The notes under the pieces: model-generated
Database searches by the model: none
Told to the model about the DNA's origin: nothing
The model's input: the letters and a program-made list of their open reading frames with translations, nothing else
Origin: a virus
Direction: 5' to 3' (one strand)
Length of the DNA stretch: 53,799 nt
Virus record (IMG/VR): IMGVR_UViG_3300047472_000142
Location: 1 to 53,799 of that record
Program-made: the position numbers and the translations under genes
Shown here: positions 23,288-32,500 of the stretch, in pieces
Position numbering within the stretch: position 1 is the first letter of the stretch
Layout of the letters: every line of letters starts with the position of its first letter

Positions 23288-24336
23288 TCTTCAGGCTGGA
23301 GCAGATCCGCCAGCAGAAGGTGTATGGCGTAAAGAAGGTCAGGATCTGGCGGGAGGCGGCGACTCGCTTCCTGCTGGAGTTCAAGGACCAGCCTTCAATC
23401 AAGTTATCGGCACACCACCTTTCTCAGCTGGACCCGTTCATTGGCGATATACCGCTCACCCACATTGATGACGAAGCCCTGGTGCCTTTCATCAAGGACA
23501 GGTTGGCGACTAAGAAGCTCGAGGATGGCAAGGTAAAAAAGGGTGTCAGCAACAGAACGGTGAACATCTCGATCGAGCGTGTGGTTCGGGTTTTGTCGTT
23601 GTGTGCCAGGAAGTGGCGAGACGATGAGCGCAGGCCGTGGCTGGATAGCGTGCCAATGCTCACGAAATTGGAAGAGAAGAAGTCGAGCCGCAAGCCGTAT
23701 CCGATGTCATGGCAGGAACAGTCGATTCTGTTTGCGGAATTGCCGGCTCACCTGCAAACGATGGCGCTGTTCAAGGTGAACACCGGCACCCGGGAGCAGG
23801 AGGTCTGCAAGTTGCGATGGGATTGGGAGATCTCGGTACCGGAGCTCGGCACCAGTGTTTTTCTGATACCTGCCGATTTTGGCGGGAGACATGAAAGGTC
23901 TGGGGTCAAGAACGGTGACGAGCGACTGGTCGTGCTCAACAGCGTGGCCAAGTCGATCATCGAGCAACAGCGAGGCCTGAGCAAGGAGTGGGTTTTCCCC
24001 TATAACGGCAGCGCGATGCACCGGATGAACGACTCAGCCTGGAAGAAGGCGCGGGTGAGAGCGGCGAAACTCTGGCAGGAGGAAAACCTTCGCCCCGCTC
24101 ACCCAGGTTATGCATCCATAAGGATCCACGACCTCAAACACACATTTGGCCGTCGGCTACGCGCAGCAGGCGTCACCGAGGAAGACCGAAAGGCACTTCT
24201 GGGCCACAAGAACGGCAGCATCACCAGTCACTACTCGGGCGCAGAGCTCGGGCATCTGATTGAAGCTGCAAACATGGTATCAGCAACCGATTCGCGTGGA
24301 CCGGTCCTGACAATCTTGAAGAGGAAGCAGGCGTGA
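23158..24336 (+). CDS. int: tyrosine integrase
   Basis: AAAGGAG upstream of the ATG. C-terminal HDLKHTFGRRLRAAGV and LLGHKNGSITSHYS supply the catalytic H/R/Y. Confidence 0.9.
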   Translation: MARKSITGLSERKGIWHIDKKINGERLYESTGTGDREEAERYLIFRLEQIRQQKVYGVKKVRIWREAATRFLLEFKDQPSIKLSAHHLSQLDPFIGDIPLTHIDDEALVPFIKDRLATKKLEDGKVKKGVSNRTVNISIERVVRVLSLCARKWRDDERRPWLDSVPMLTKLEEKKSSRKPYPMSWQEQSILFAELPAHLQTMALFKVNTGTREQEVCKLRWDWEISVPELGTSVFLIPADFGGRHERSGVKNGDERLVVLNSVAKSIIEQQRGLSKEWVFPYNGSAMHRMNDSAWKKARVRAAKLWQEENLRPAHPGYASIRIHDLKHTFGRRLRAAGVTEEDRKALLGHKNGSITSHYSGAELGHLIEAANMVSATDSRGPVLTILKRKQA

Positions 24337-24345
24337 AAAATCGAG

Positions 24346-24367
24346 AAGTCACGCAAAAGTCACGCAC
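24346..24367 (+). repeat. arm-type repeat, copy 1 (tandem AAGTCACGCA)
   Basis: AAGTCACGCAAAAGTCACGCAC, identical to 24553..24574. Confidence 0.8.
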
Positions 24368-24370
24368 ATG

Positions 24371-24397
24371 AAAAAGCCCAACTCGCGAAAGTTGGGC
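24371..24397 (-). terminator. intrinsic terminator just downstream of the tRNA 3' fragment
   Basis: Stem GCCCAACT/AGTTGGGC with a U-tract on the minus strand only. It would terminate the tRNA rebuilt on integration. Confidence 0.65.
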
Positions 24398-24414
24398 TAA
24401 GTCATTGAAAAATA

Positions 24415-24451
24415 TGGTCGGGACGGAGTGATTCGAACACTCGACCCCTAG
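24415..24451 (-). other. attP core candidate: a tRNA 3'-end fragment (T-arm, acceptor 3' strand and CCA)
   Basis: The minus strand reads GGGGTCGAGTGTTCGAATCACTCCGTCCCGACCA. The T-stem is GAGTG/CACTC and the T-loop TTCGAAT. No matching 5' half follows. Confidence 0.7.
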
Positions 24452-24552
24452 CACCCCATGCACGCAGGACCCATGCAAGCCCCTTTGTAATGGCCGTTTT
24501 TACTGGCGCTCGCTGCAATCGACTGCCTACAAGAGCTTACAAGTGCGTGAGA

Positions 24553-24574
24553 AAGTCACGCAAAAGTCACGCAC
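24553..24574 (+). repeat. arm-type repeat, copy 2
   Basis: AAGTCACGCAAAAGTCACGCAC on the other side of the core. Confidence 0.8.
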
Positions 24575-24814
24575 GCCTTTTTTGACACCCTCCCCGGCGT
24601 CCTGCCGAACGAACACAATCCGCCTATCGCAGTAGTGAGTCACCGATTCAACGCTGGTATTCTCGCCGCCACGTTCGCCAGGCATTAAGGGATGCGGGCG
24701 AAAATAGAAGCCTCGAAGCCGCGAACCTTCGGGGCTTTGCTTTTTCTGAACCCTCCGACCCAGCATCCCCCGCCGCCCCCAGTGCTACGCTGAAATCTCC
24801 ACGGAGGATTCGCG

Positions 24815-25024
24815 ATGCCAAACTCAGACCTGCTCCCTTCCCTGCTGTTCAAGATCAATGAAAACCAGCTCGCCTTGGAAGCTGCCATCCTGGAGCTCTC
24901 GAATTGGGTCGAGCAGCGAGGAGCGGCCGACGTCGCGGACAACGTGCGCGGAGCCCTGGACACCATCGACAAGAATGAAGATTTCATCAAGCTGACGCTC
25001 GCGGTAATGATGGCGCCGGAATGA
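24815..25024 (+). CDS. small hypothetical protein (att-proximal cargo)
   Basis: 69 aa with GGAGGA 7 nt upstream of the ATG. Confidence 0.6.
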   Translation: MPNSDLLPSLLFKINENQLALEAAILELSNWVEQRGAADVADNVRGALDTIDKNEDFIKLTLAVMMAPE

Positions 25025-25073
25025 CAAGGTTTGCATTCCGTCGCCGGCATTCGCTCTCAAGCCTCGCCTCGTT

Positions 25074-25093
25074 TACTGTATATCCAAACAGTA
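25074..25093. promoter_or_regulatory. LexA (SOS) box
   Basis: TACTGTATATCCAAACAGTA matches TACTGTATATATATACAGTA at 17 of 20 positions, with both CTGT/ACAG half-sites intact. Lies 17 nt upstream of the GTG at 25110. Confidence 0.7.
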
Positions 25094-25109
25094 TATGTAA
25101 GGCGCGGCT

Positions 25110-25430
25110 GTGGACCCCTACGAAATCGAAGACACCAGCGACTGGCTCGGCAGTCCGACCAGGCTAGAAACCGTCAAGCATTACGCAAGCATGCTCGAGG
25201 AAGACATCCAGGATCTGAAACGTCAGCTGCAGGCGGCAAAGGAAAATATTTCAAGCTTGGTGGAAATGAACGACCAGCTTTCGGCCGAACTCCAAAAGAA
25301 GCGGACGTGGATGGCAAACCTGGAAGCAGAGACCACCGACCAGCTTGCCCAGATCCGGAGCCTGACAATGGTCCTCGATCAAAAGGAAAGGATCATTCGT
25401 GAGTTGCGGGCGGGTAAGCAAGCCGAGTAA
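25110..25430 (+). CDS. coiled-coil protein behind the SOS box
   Basis: GTG start with AAGG 7 nt upstream. 106 aa, heptad-rich (LEEDIQDLKRQLQAAKENISSLVEMNDQL). Confidence 0.6.
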   Translation: MDPYEIEDTSDWLGSPTRLETVKHYASMLEEDIQDLKRQLQAAKENISSLVEMNDQLSAELQKKRTWMANLEAETTDQLAQIRSLTMVLDQKERIIRELRAGKQAE

Positions 25431-25440
25431 GCGGACTGCG

Positions 25441-25671
25441 CTACGTTGAGGCCAGCGTCCTCAGCCGCTCTTCAGTCGCGGAATCGAAGATGATATAGAG
25501 CCGTTCAATGGTCGCTTCACTCAACGCACGGGCCGATTCCAAGCCGAGAAAAAACCCTTCAGCGCGCGCTCCGGCTTTCACCGCAACAATCATCGAATCC
25601 GCTTGGGCGATCTGAGCAAGAAGCTTGTCGGCTTCGCGCTCAATCTTTGGGCTCAGCTCTACGCCTTCCAT
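25441..25671 (-). CDS. hypothetical protein downstream of the endolysin
   Basis: Start MEGVELSPK with AAGGTGGTGGA upstream. No TM segment or lipobox. Confidence 0.55.
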   Translation of the reverse strand: MEGVELSPKIEREADKLLAQIAQADSMIVAVKAGARAEGFFLGLESARALSEATIERLYIIFDSATEERLRTLAST

Positions 25672-25697
25672 TCCACCACCTTTATTAAAACGATCGG

Positions 25698-26336
25698 CTA
25701 CAGGATAGCGGCATGCGTCCCGGCCGACAGCACTGCCGACGCTTTCGCCCACAACTTCAATCGTTCTGGCTGCCCATTGAGCCCGCCATTGATGCGTCGA
25801 GTGATTGCCTCGAACTGGCCAGCGTCTGCCAATTCATTCAGGCCGTTGCTCGACCAGAACCAGGCGGCAGAGAGTGCAGCATATGCCGGCTGCTCCAGCA
25901 GTTCCGGCTTTGTCAGCAGGTCCAGGCCCAAGGCTGAGCTGCATGCCTGATAGTTGACCCAGCCGGTGACCTGGATCAGTCCCCTGCCCCGGTACCGCCA
26001 ACCGTCACCCGTCACGGCCGGCCCGTTGCCCAGGCGTGAAGCGTAGACGATGTTCGCGATCTGCTCGGGCTTACGGGCAGCGGCGGTAGCTGTCAGCAGG
26101 TTGAACCGCTTCGGCCAGGTCCTCATCAAACCATCGGCGCTGTAATTCAGGTTTTCCACAAGCGTGCGCAGCTGTCCAGACTCATGACCGACTTGTGCCA
26201 GGAACGCGGCGACACGCTGCTGGCCTTCAATCTTGAAACGCGCCATTGCGTCATTCAGGGCGGACACAAAAACGCCGGCAACTGGGCCGGAGTTCGGGAA
26301 CATCTGCAGCAGTTGCTGCTGGGTGATACTGGCCAT
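25698..26336 (-). CDS. glycoside hydrolase family 19 endolysin
   Basis: Start MASITQQQLL. AAFLAQVGHESG, RGRGLIQVTG and RINGGLNG are typical of GH19 lysins. Confidence 0.85.
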   Translation of the reverse strand: MASITQQQLLQMFPNSGPVAGVFVSALNDAMARFKIEGQQRVAAFLAQVGHESGQLRTLVENLNYSADGLMRTWPKRFNLLTATAAARKPEQIANIVYASRLGNGPAVTGDGWRYRGRGLIQVTGWVNYQACSSALGLDLLTKPELLEQPAYAALSAAWFWSSNGLNELADAGQFEAITRRINGGLNGQPERLKLWAKASAVLSAGTHAAIL

Positions 26337-26352
26337 GGTTTCTCCAAGGCGT

Positions 26353-26377
26353 AAAAAGGCCCGCGCTATAGCGGGCC
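26353..26377 (-). terminator. intrinsic terminator upstream of the endolysin (second of two)
   Basis: GGCCCGC-6 nt-GCGGGCC with a U-tract on the minus strand. Confidence 0.65.
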
Positions 26378-26393
26378 GACAAGTTACAGGCAC

Positions 26394-26414
26394 AAAAAAA
26401 CCGCCATTTGGCGG
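26394..26414 (-). terminator. intrinsic terminator upstream of the endolysin (first of two)
   Basis: CCGCC-attt-GGCGG with a 7-nt U-tract on the minus strand. Confidence 0.6.
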
Positions 26415-26439
26415 CATATCTGGTTCTGAGTGTTCCCGG

Positions 26440-27189
26440 TCAGACGACGATGCCAAAGCGCGCCATACGCTTGCGCACTACAGCGATCTGTAAAGCCAGC
26501 TCAGAATCCGTCAGTTGTGCGGAATGGATTGCAACGAAGCTGATGTTGCTCTCGCTCGGGAAGCCAGCGGTTGCCGAACCGATCCGATATTTGTTAGTGG
26601 TCAGCACCCGCTGGTTGGTGTTTGACCCTGTGACCACCACACCAGCGGTATGGTCAGTCAGTACCGTAAGCGCACCCGACTTGGCACGAAGAGAGCGGAG
26701 TGCCCAAACATTCGTTGGGGTGCCAGTGCCGGATACAGAGCCGGTAGTAGTGGCTGATCCGGTCCCATCGTTGCGGGTGGCAGTACCCTTGAACAATGTA
26801 GGGTGGTCAAGGAAGACGTTACCTCCGGATGCCACCCCCGTGTAGCCTGGCGTGAGGATCGGGCCTGAGTGAGCACCGACCAGCATGACCGCGTCTGTGC
26901 CCGCAACCAGCGGGGCGTTAGAGCGAGCCACCACGATGAGCGTCAACTCATCACTATCAGCGATCTGGGTTTGCAGGTAGTTAACGTTCCCTTTGAACGT
27001 ACCGTAGCCGGCAAAAGCAGAGGGGGCACCGACAATGGTTGCATCTGGCTTGCCCGGGGCGCGATTGAAGCCGAAGCGCTGCACGTCTGTATCAAGGGTG
27101 AACCACCCTTCAAGGCCGCGAGTAACTGGTGGTGCAACCTTGGTGTACCAAGGACCGGAAACACCGCGCGCTGTAATTTGAGTACCCAT
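26440..27189 (-). CDS. tail-associated protein, LamG/concanavalin-like by pattern
   Basis: Internal start MGTQITARG. Beta-rich and Gly/Thr-rich, lying next to the tailspike. Confidence 0.45.
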   Translation of the reverse strand: MGTQITARGVSGPWYTKVAPPVTRGLEGWFTLDTDVQRFGFNRAPGKPDATIVGAPSAFAGYGTFKGNVNYLQTQIADSDELTLIVVARSNAPLVAGTDAVMLVGAHSGPILTPGYTGVASGGNVFLDHPTLFKGTATRNDGTGSATTTGSVSGTGTPTNVWALRSLRAKSGALTVLTDHTAGVVVTGSNTNQRVLTTNKYRIGSATAGFPSESNISFVAIHSAQLTDSELALQIAVVRKRMARFGIVV

Positions 27190-27208
27190 AGTATTTTTTT
27201 CCGTTCTG

Positions 27209-28990
27209 TTAGTTGAGAGAGAGCGCAGCAGCGGCCACGTAGGTGGCAAGCACTTCGTATAGGCCGTGCCGCCCAGCGCCTTCGGGGTGGATGGTGTTGA
27301 GGAAATTCCCAGGAATAAATCCATCGATATCTGGGCTCGCCGTGGGGAGCGGATAGCCAGATTCCGAGCTGACCAAGGCCCAGGTCGGGGCCAGATAAAT
27401 CTTGTTGCTATTGGCGGTCGCGATCGCACTTTTCATGGCGCGGATCATGGGCGTGTAACTGGTGGTCCATAACGTATTGCGCGCCGCCGTGAACGCCGTC
27501 CCTGGCAGCGAGCGAACAATGCGTGCATTCGGCCAAGCGGCGCGCATCTGCTTGTACATCAACAGGTCGTTGTCATAGACGATCCCGGCGACGGTTTCGG
27601 CCGTACGGTCCCGAACGTCGTTGGTGCCCAGGGCGTTGATGACAATATCCGGGGTCGCCAAGCCAAACCGCGACTGGTAGAACGCCGGATCAAAAACGTA
27701 GCCATTGCGCACGATATCGGCAGAGTCGCCCCCCGTGGCAACACGCAAGAACGGGTTCCTCTCTTTGGCAGTGCTCTTGGGCATGGCCAGGTATGCCGCC
27801 TCACTGCCTGCGGCCACCGGAGATGATCGATCAGTGACGGCGTTGGTGTAGTCCCCGGTTTCCCAACCTTCACGCGCCTCACCGAGTTCGCCAGTGAAGT
27901 CATCGCTATCAGCGGGGTTCGACGAGCCGCGTAGCGTCCCGATCATGGTGGCCGCGAAGCCCAACACTTGCAGGTAGGCTTTGAGCAGTTGCGCGCCTTG
28001 GCGGTTGGCAATGCTGTCACCAATCAACAGCACATTGATCGGCACCAGCGGCGACTGGACGGGCACCTTAAGAATCTTCAGGGCCATTGACAGGCGCGAG
28101 TCCGGGTTATCCGCCGGGCGCAAATGCAGCGCCGCACTTGCCCCAAAACGCGAGGCCTGCAGCCGTAGCACCCGCCCCTCGGAGGCTCCCGCGAAAAAAG
28201 TGTCCAGCGACATGCTGCCCAGGGCGGCGACCACGGACGCCGCACGCTCCCGATGCGACAGTATGTTGTTCACGTAGATCGACACCTCGCCCTGTTCGGG
28301 CACGGCAATCACCGGGTGGAAGAGCACTCCCCCCTCAAACGGGACCACCTGCCCGACAGCTGAAGCGGCCACCGGGGTGGGACTGGAAAGGTCCTGCAGG
28401 ATCTCCCCCTCTTCGGAGACAACGTAGATGCCGGGCAGGTCGGTGTATTTAAGCTCCAGAGGTCCCAGGCGCACACCGTTATCATCGGCAAACAGAAGCG
28501 CGCCTCCTTCTTCGTCGCCAATCACGGTGGGGCCTCCATCGGCGGCGATATCAAAAGCCAGGGTCGTGAAGCGCGATTGCGTCAGCGATGCAACCTTTTC
28601 AGCCTCCTCGGTCACGATGGACAGGTATTCAGTTTCGCTGGTCGTGCCCGAAAGGAGCTCAGCCAGTGCGCTGACTGTCGACGCCGAAGGGTATCGCTTG
28701 ACCTCCACCGCCAACCCTGCATCGTTTCGATACAGGATTAGGTAACCATCCGCTGCTGAGTCGACAATGCTGAAGTAGCCGCCCGATACTGTGCCGGCCA
28801 GGCCAAGGGCGACGGTCGTATAGAGCATTGCCCCACTCATTTGAGTCGACAAATCGGCAAGTACCTTGGCATTCGTTGGGCGCATAACCCCGCTGCCAAC
28901 ATCCATCATTTTGATTTGATCGCTCAGCAACAGTTCGTTGGCCGTGTCGATCGTTGTCGTTAGTCGGGCAAGATCAGTCGCTCCGCTCAT
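27209..28990 (-). CDS. tail spike/fibre with a C-terminal SGNH (GDSL) esterase domain
   Basis: Internal start MSGATDL with GGAG upstream. VLLIGDSIANRQG (block I) and NALGTNDV (block III). Confidence 0.65.
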   Translation of the reverse strand: MSGATDLARLTTTIDTANELLLSDQIKMMDVGSGVMRPTNAKVLADLSTQMSGAMLYTTVALGLAGTVSGGYFSIVDSAADGYLILYRNDAGLAVEVKRYPSASTVSALAELLSGTTSETEYLSIVTEEAEKVASLTQSRFTTLAFDIAADGGPTVIGDEEGGALLFADDNGVRLGPLELKYTDLPGIYVVSEEGEILQDLSSPTPVAASAVGQVVPFEGGVLFHPVIAVPEQGEVSIYVNNILSHRERAASVVAALGSMSLDTFFAGASEGRVLRLQASRFGASAALHLRPADNPDSRLSMALKILKVPVQSPLVPINVLLIGDSIANRQGAQLLKAYLQVLGFAATMIGTLRGSSNPADSDDFTGELGEAREGWETGDYTNAVTDRSSPVAAGSEAAYLAMPKSTAKERNPFLRVATGGDSADIVRNGYVFDPAFYQSRFGLATPDIVINALGTNDVRDRTAETVAGIVYDNDLLMYKQMRAAWPNARIVRSLPGTAFTAARNTLWTTSYTPMIRAMKSAIATANSNKIYLAPTWALVSSESGYPLPTASPDIDGFIPGNFLNTIHPEGAGRHGLYEVLATYVAAAALSLN

Positions 28991-29061
28991 ATTTACTCCA
29001 GGCGAAAAAAGCCCACTCAGCGGCGGGCTATAGAATTGAAAAATTGTTTTCGGATAGGCAT

Positions 29062-29538
29062 CTATGTCGCACCCGGCCAAGACCGGGTGTACCAACTCTG
29101 CAATTCGCTGCGCAGCCGGGAGTTCATGACAGTGATATCCATCCCAGCCAGCAGGCTCACGAATTCCGCCTCGTTAACGACCGGGATCTCGAAGAGCTCA
29201 GCCGGAACCGTGAAGCGCCAGTGGTTGACACCGACCAGTTCCGGCCCGTCGTAGATATCAGTGAAGCGAGCCTTGGTAGGGGTCAGCCCCATTGGGCTTT
29301 TTATCGGGCACATAAACCAATCGACGTACCCAATTCCCCACTTGAACCAGCCCATGAATAGGCGGGCCTGCTCAGCATTCAAGAGCCAGGACAGAGTTAC
29401 TGCCGTTGGAAAGCTGCGACTTTTAAGGCGCTGGATTGCCCTGCCACTTATAAATGGTGCTCGAGAAATCGGGCTGCTCGTCTTGAACCCGTACCCCTCT
29501 CGTAATGGCAAAGGCAAATTATCCGGAAATGAAAGCAT
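29062..29538 (-). CDS. tail tip-associated hypothetical protein
   Basis: 158 aa, lying between the J-like gene and the spike gene. Confidence 0.55.
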   Translation of the reverse strand: MLSFPDNLPLPLREGYGFKTSSPISRAPFISGRAIQRLKSRSFPTAVTLSWLLNAEQARLFMGWFKWGIGYVDWFMCPIKSPMGLTPTKARFTDIYDGPELVGVNHWRFTVPAELFEIPVVNEAEFVSLLAGMDITVMNSRLRSELQSWYTRSWPGAT

Positions 29539-29555
29539 GTGCCGATGATCCTTGG

Positions 29556-32500
29556 TTAGGCAGGCGCCGCAGCGCTGTCGTAGGTGTAAACACGGGCGTC
29601 ATAGGGCATGCCCTTGAGCGATACGTTTCCGTTTGATGGGTTCGAACTGGTGATCAGAACCGGAAAAGCCCATTTGCTTGCCGGGCCGATCAAGAGCTGA
29701 GGCAGCAGCAAGGCCATACTGGTGTCGGGCATGAAGTCCAGATCGGCGATCTGCAAGTGATACTCATCGATTGCGGTCGCTTGGTAGGGACCAGAGAGAG
29801 AGCCATCTGCACGACTGATACCGACTTTGTAGATCTCGGCCGCTGACCAGTCGATGGGCTCCGACGACTCCAACAGGAAGCCGCCACTGGACGACTGCAG
29901 GCTGAGCAGTACAGCGCTTTGGCAGAGGCCCGGGGTGTCGCTGGCAACGGCACAGAAGCTCAGGTAGCCCGAGTTCATGCCTGCCAGCTCGGTTTCCCAG
30001 CTGTAGGTGTCTTGGCGGAACAGTTGGTGACCGCGGCGGCGCATGCCGAACTGGTAAGCGCGGTTTCGGTCGCCAACACCTGGCAGCTTGACCTTCTCGA
30101 CCTTCAGCCCCGCATCACCCGGCCAGCGGCAGGGCACGGTTTCCCAGGCCCACGTCAGGTTCGAGTAATACTCGACGTCGACCCCGTCGAAGTCGTTGAT
30201 GGATGGCAGCGGCCCGTCGATCTTGAGGCCCTTGGTCATGTTCTGCGGCGAGTAGGTCTGCGTTTTCGGCCCATAGGTGATATCGAATGCCGCCCGAGGC
30301 TCGTCGCGCACCAGGCTGACTAAACCGTTCTTGATGGTCAGTTCGGCAAAGCCACAAGCCAGAGCGTTGTTCAGCCGATCCTTTGCCGTGCTGGCGTCGT
30401 CGATCACTTCGTCGTAATACTGGCCGGCGGCCTCGAATACCGTGTGCAGGCGATCCCACTCGGGCAGGTCGATATCGGCGTCGGTGTATCCGAGCGACTT
30501 CAGGACATGCAGGCACCAGGGCACGATGCCGCGCGTGGGTTGTGGTGCGGTCCAAGCGCCGCCGGTGTAGATCGGCAGAATTCGAGTGCCGATCAGGTTG
30601 ACCTGGCTTTCTGATTGGGCCGACAGGCGATCACCGCCGCGGATCTTCAGCGCTATCACAGTCATGCCCGGGTAAGTGGTCGGTCGGACCTGGCGCAGGC
30701 TGCGGAGGCTGTACCAGCTGATATCGTCCTGCTTTTCCGAGTCGATGCGGCCTGGCTGGCTGACGAAGCGCTTCTTGATTCGCGCCTCTGGTCGCATCGG
30801 GTAAGGCAGGGTCGCGCGATACGTGAATCCCTGCGCATCGCGCGTGCCGCCGTAGTGCTCTTTCTCGATAACCGTCACGGGCCCGGCCGTATCCGCATCG
30901 CGAAACTCGAAGGTATGGAACGACCTGACCGGGTAGATCTGCCCTTCTCGCCCGATGCCGCATAGGCCATTGGGGTGAAACACAGTCCACTCCAGCTCGG
31001 TGACCAGCTCGCCTTTCGGTGCGCAGCTGAACCAGCCACGATATCCGCCCTGCAGGTTCGACGGGTCAAGGGTGATCAGGCCGTTGACCGTTTCGGTCAA
31101 GTCAAAGCCTGGCCAGCCAGCATCGACCGATCCGGACGAGGTCAGGCGCTCGACAACCATTAGCGTTGAGCTGAAGGCCGTGATCCGATAGCGAAGGCCG
31201 GCCGGGCCGATGGTGGCCAGGGCCGAACCGAGTGCGAGGCCGACTACCGGCTGCCCACCGACGTAGTCCAGGGTCATTTCTGCCGGCTGCTCAGGCGTGC
31301 CCGAAGTAGCTGCAGTGCCGGTGGTATTGATCGGACTGGAGCCGAGCACGTCAGCGCCGCCGGACGAGACCAGGGCCAGACCGTTGTTGGTGCCAGTTTG
31401 CGTCAGCAGAACCTTGCCTGCCGAGGCGCTGGCCACGAACGGCGCGCCACCCTTGGCGGTATTGATGGCAGAGACCAGGCCCGTCAGGTCCGTCGTTGCC
31501 GTATTCAGTGCGACAGAATAAGGGGTCGCGCCGAGCGAAACGGTGAAGGTCAGCGGCGTCACGTTGTAGTCGTAGCGGGTTGGAATGCTCGAGCCGAGAA
31601 TCATCGACGGCGTGCCCGAAGTTGGCGGCACGGCCGGCGCATACGGGGTGTAGGAGTGGACGACGTAATAACCGGCGTTCGCGCCCTGGACCTCGATCGA
31701 CATCCCTACCGATGGATTCAGCATGGCCAGCGGGCCGCGCACAATGTCTCGACCGGCGCCGCCGTCGATGACGGTGTACACGTACGGCGAGAGGACGCGA
31801 ATGATCAGGCCGCTTGCCCAGTCAGTCGGGAAGGCGCCAGCGCCGGAAGGAATACCGATACTGGTCCCGCTGAACTGGTAGGCCGAGGCTGTCGCGGTCT
31901 GCGTCAGCGCAGTGGCCACGGTCATTTCCAAGCCGGCAGAACTGTTGGAGCTGGCCCCGACCTCGTCGACGTTGTACCAGAGCATCGATGCGGTATTGCC
32001 TGATACATCAGCGCCAGGCTGGTAGATATTGCAGATAGCATCAGCGCCCATCGATATGATCGAGGTCTCGCCGACATTGACGTCGCTGTTTGTCGCCTGC
32101 ACGCTTCCTGCCGAGATGTAGAGCAGCATCTCAGTCCACTGCTCGCGCGGCGATACAAACCATGTGCGCGGCTCTGCCAGATAAGCCGGGAACAGCTTCT
32201 GCCGGCCGGCCAGGTTGCGCACCGGGTCACCGATCTTGACCTTGTTGCCCTTGGCGCTGGCCTCGTCGATCGGGTCACCCTGGGCGGTACCGGCCATCGA
32301 TGGCATGCCGGGCATTTTGGGCATGAGCATTTTGCCGATGGCCTTCACGCCCTTGAACAGCAAGGCGGTGATGGTGAACGGGTCGGAGCCCTTCGGCTCG
32401 CGCCAGATCTGTACGTGATCGGCTGGTTTGAACTTGACCTTGTGCCAGAGCGTCGGACAGATCAGTTCGCCGTTCAGTTCGACGCTGATCGGCTGCACCG

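Noticed and set aside
24415-24492. A complete tRNA gene on the minus strand
   Set aside because: Only the T-arm and the acceptor 3' strand are present. No 5' acceptor complement (CGGGACG) exists upstream, and no anticodon stem can be folded. It is an attP fragment, not a gene.
24527-25050. Minus-strand ORFs 24527..24766 and 24685..25050
   Set aside because: They have no RBS, overlap the arm repeat and the well-supported plus-strand gene 24815..25024, and have odd composition.
25441-25671. A spanin, given its position after the endolysin
   Set aside because: It has no signal sequence, lipobox or TM segment.
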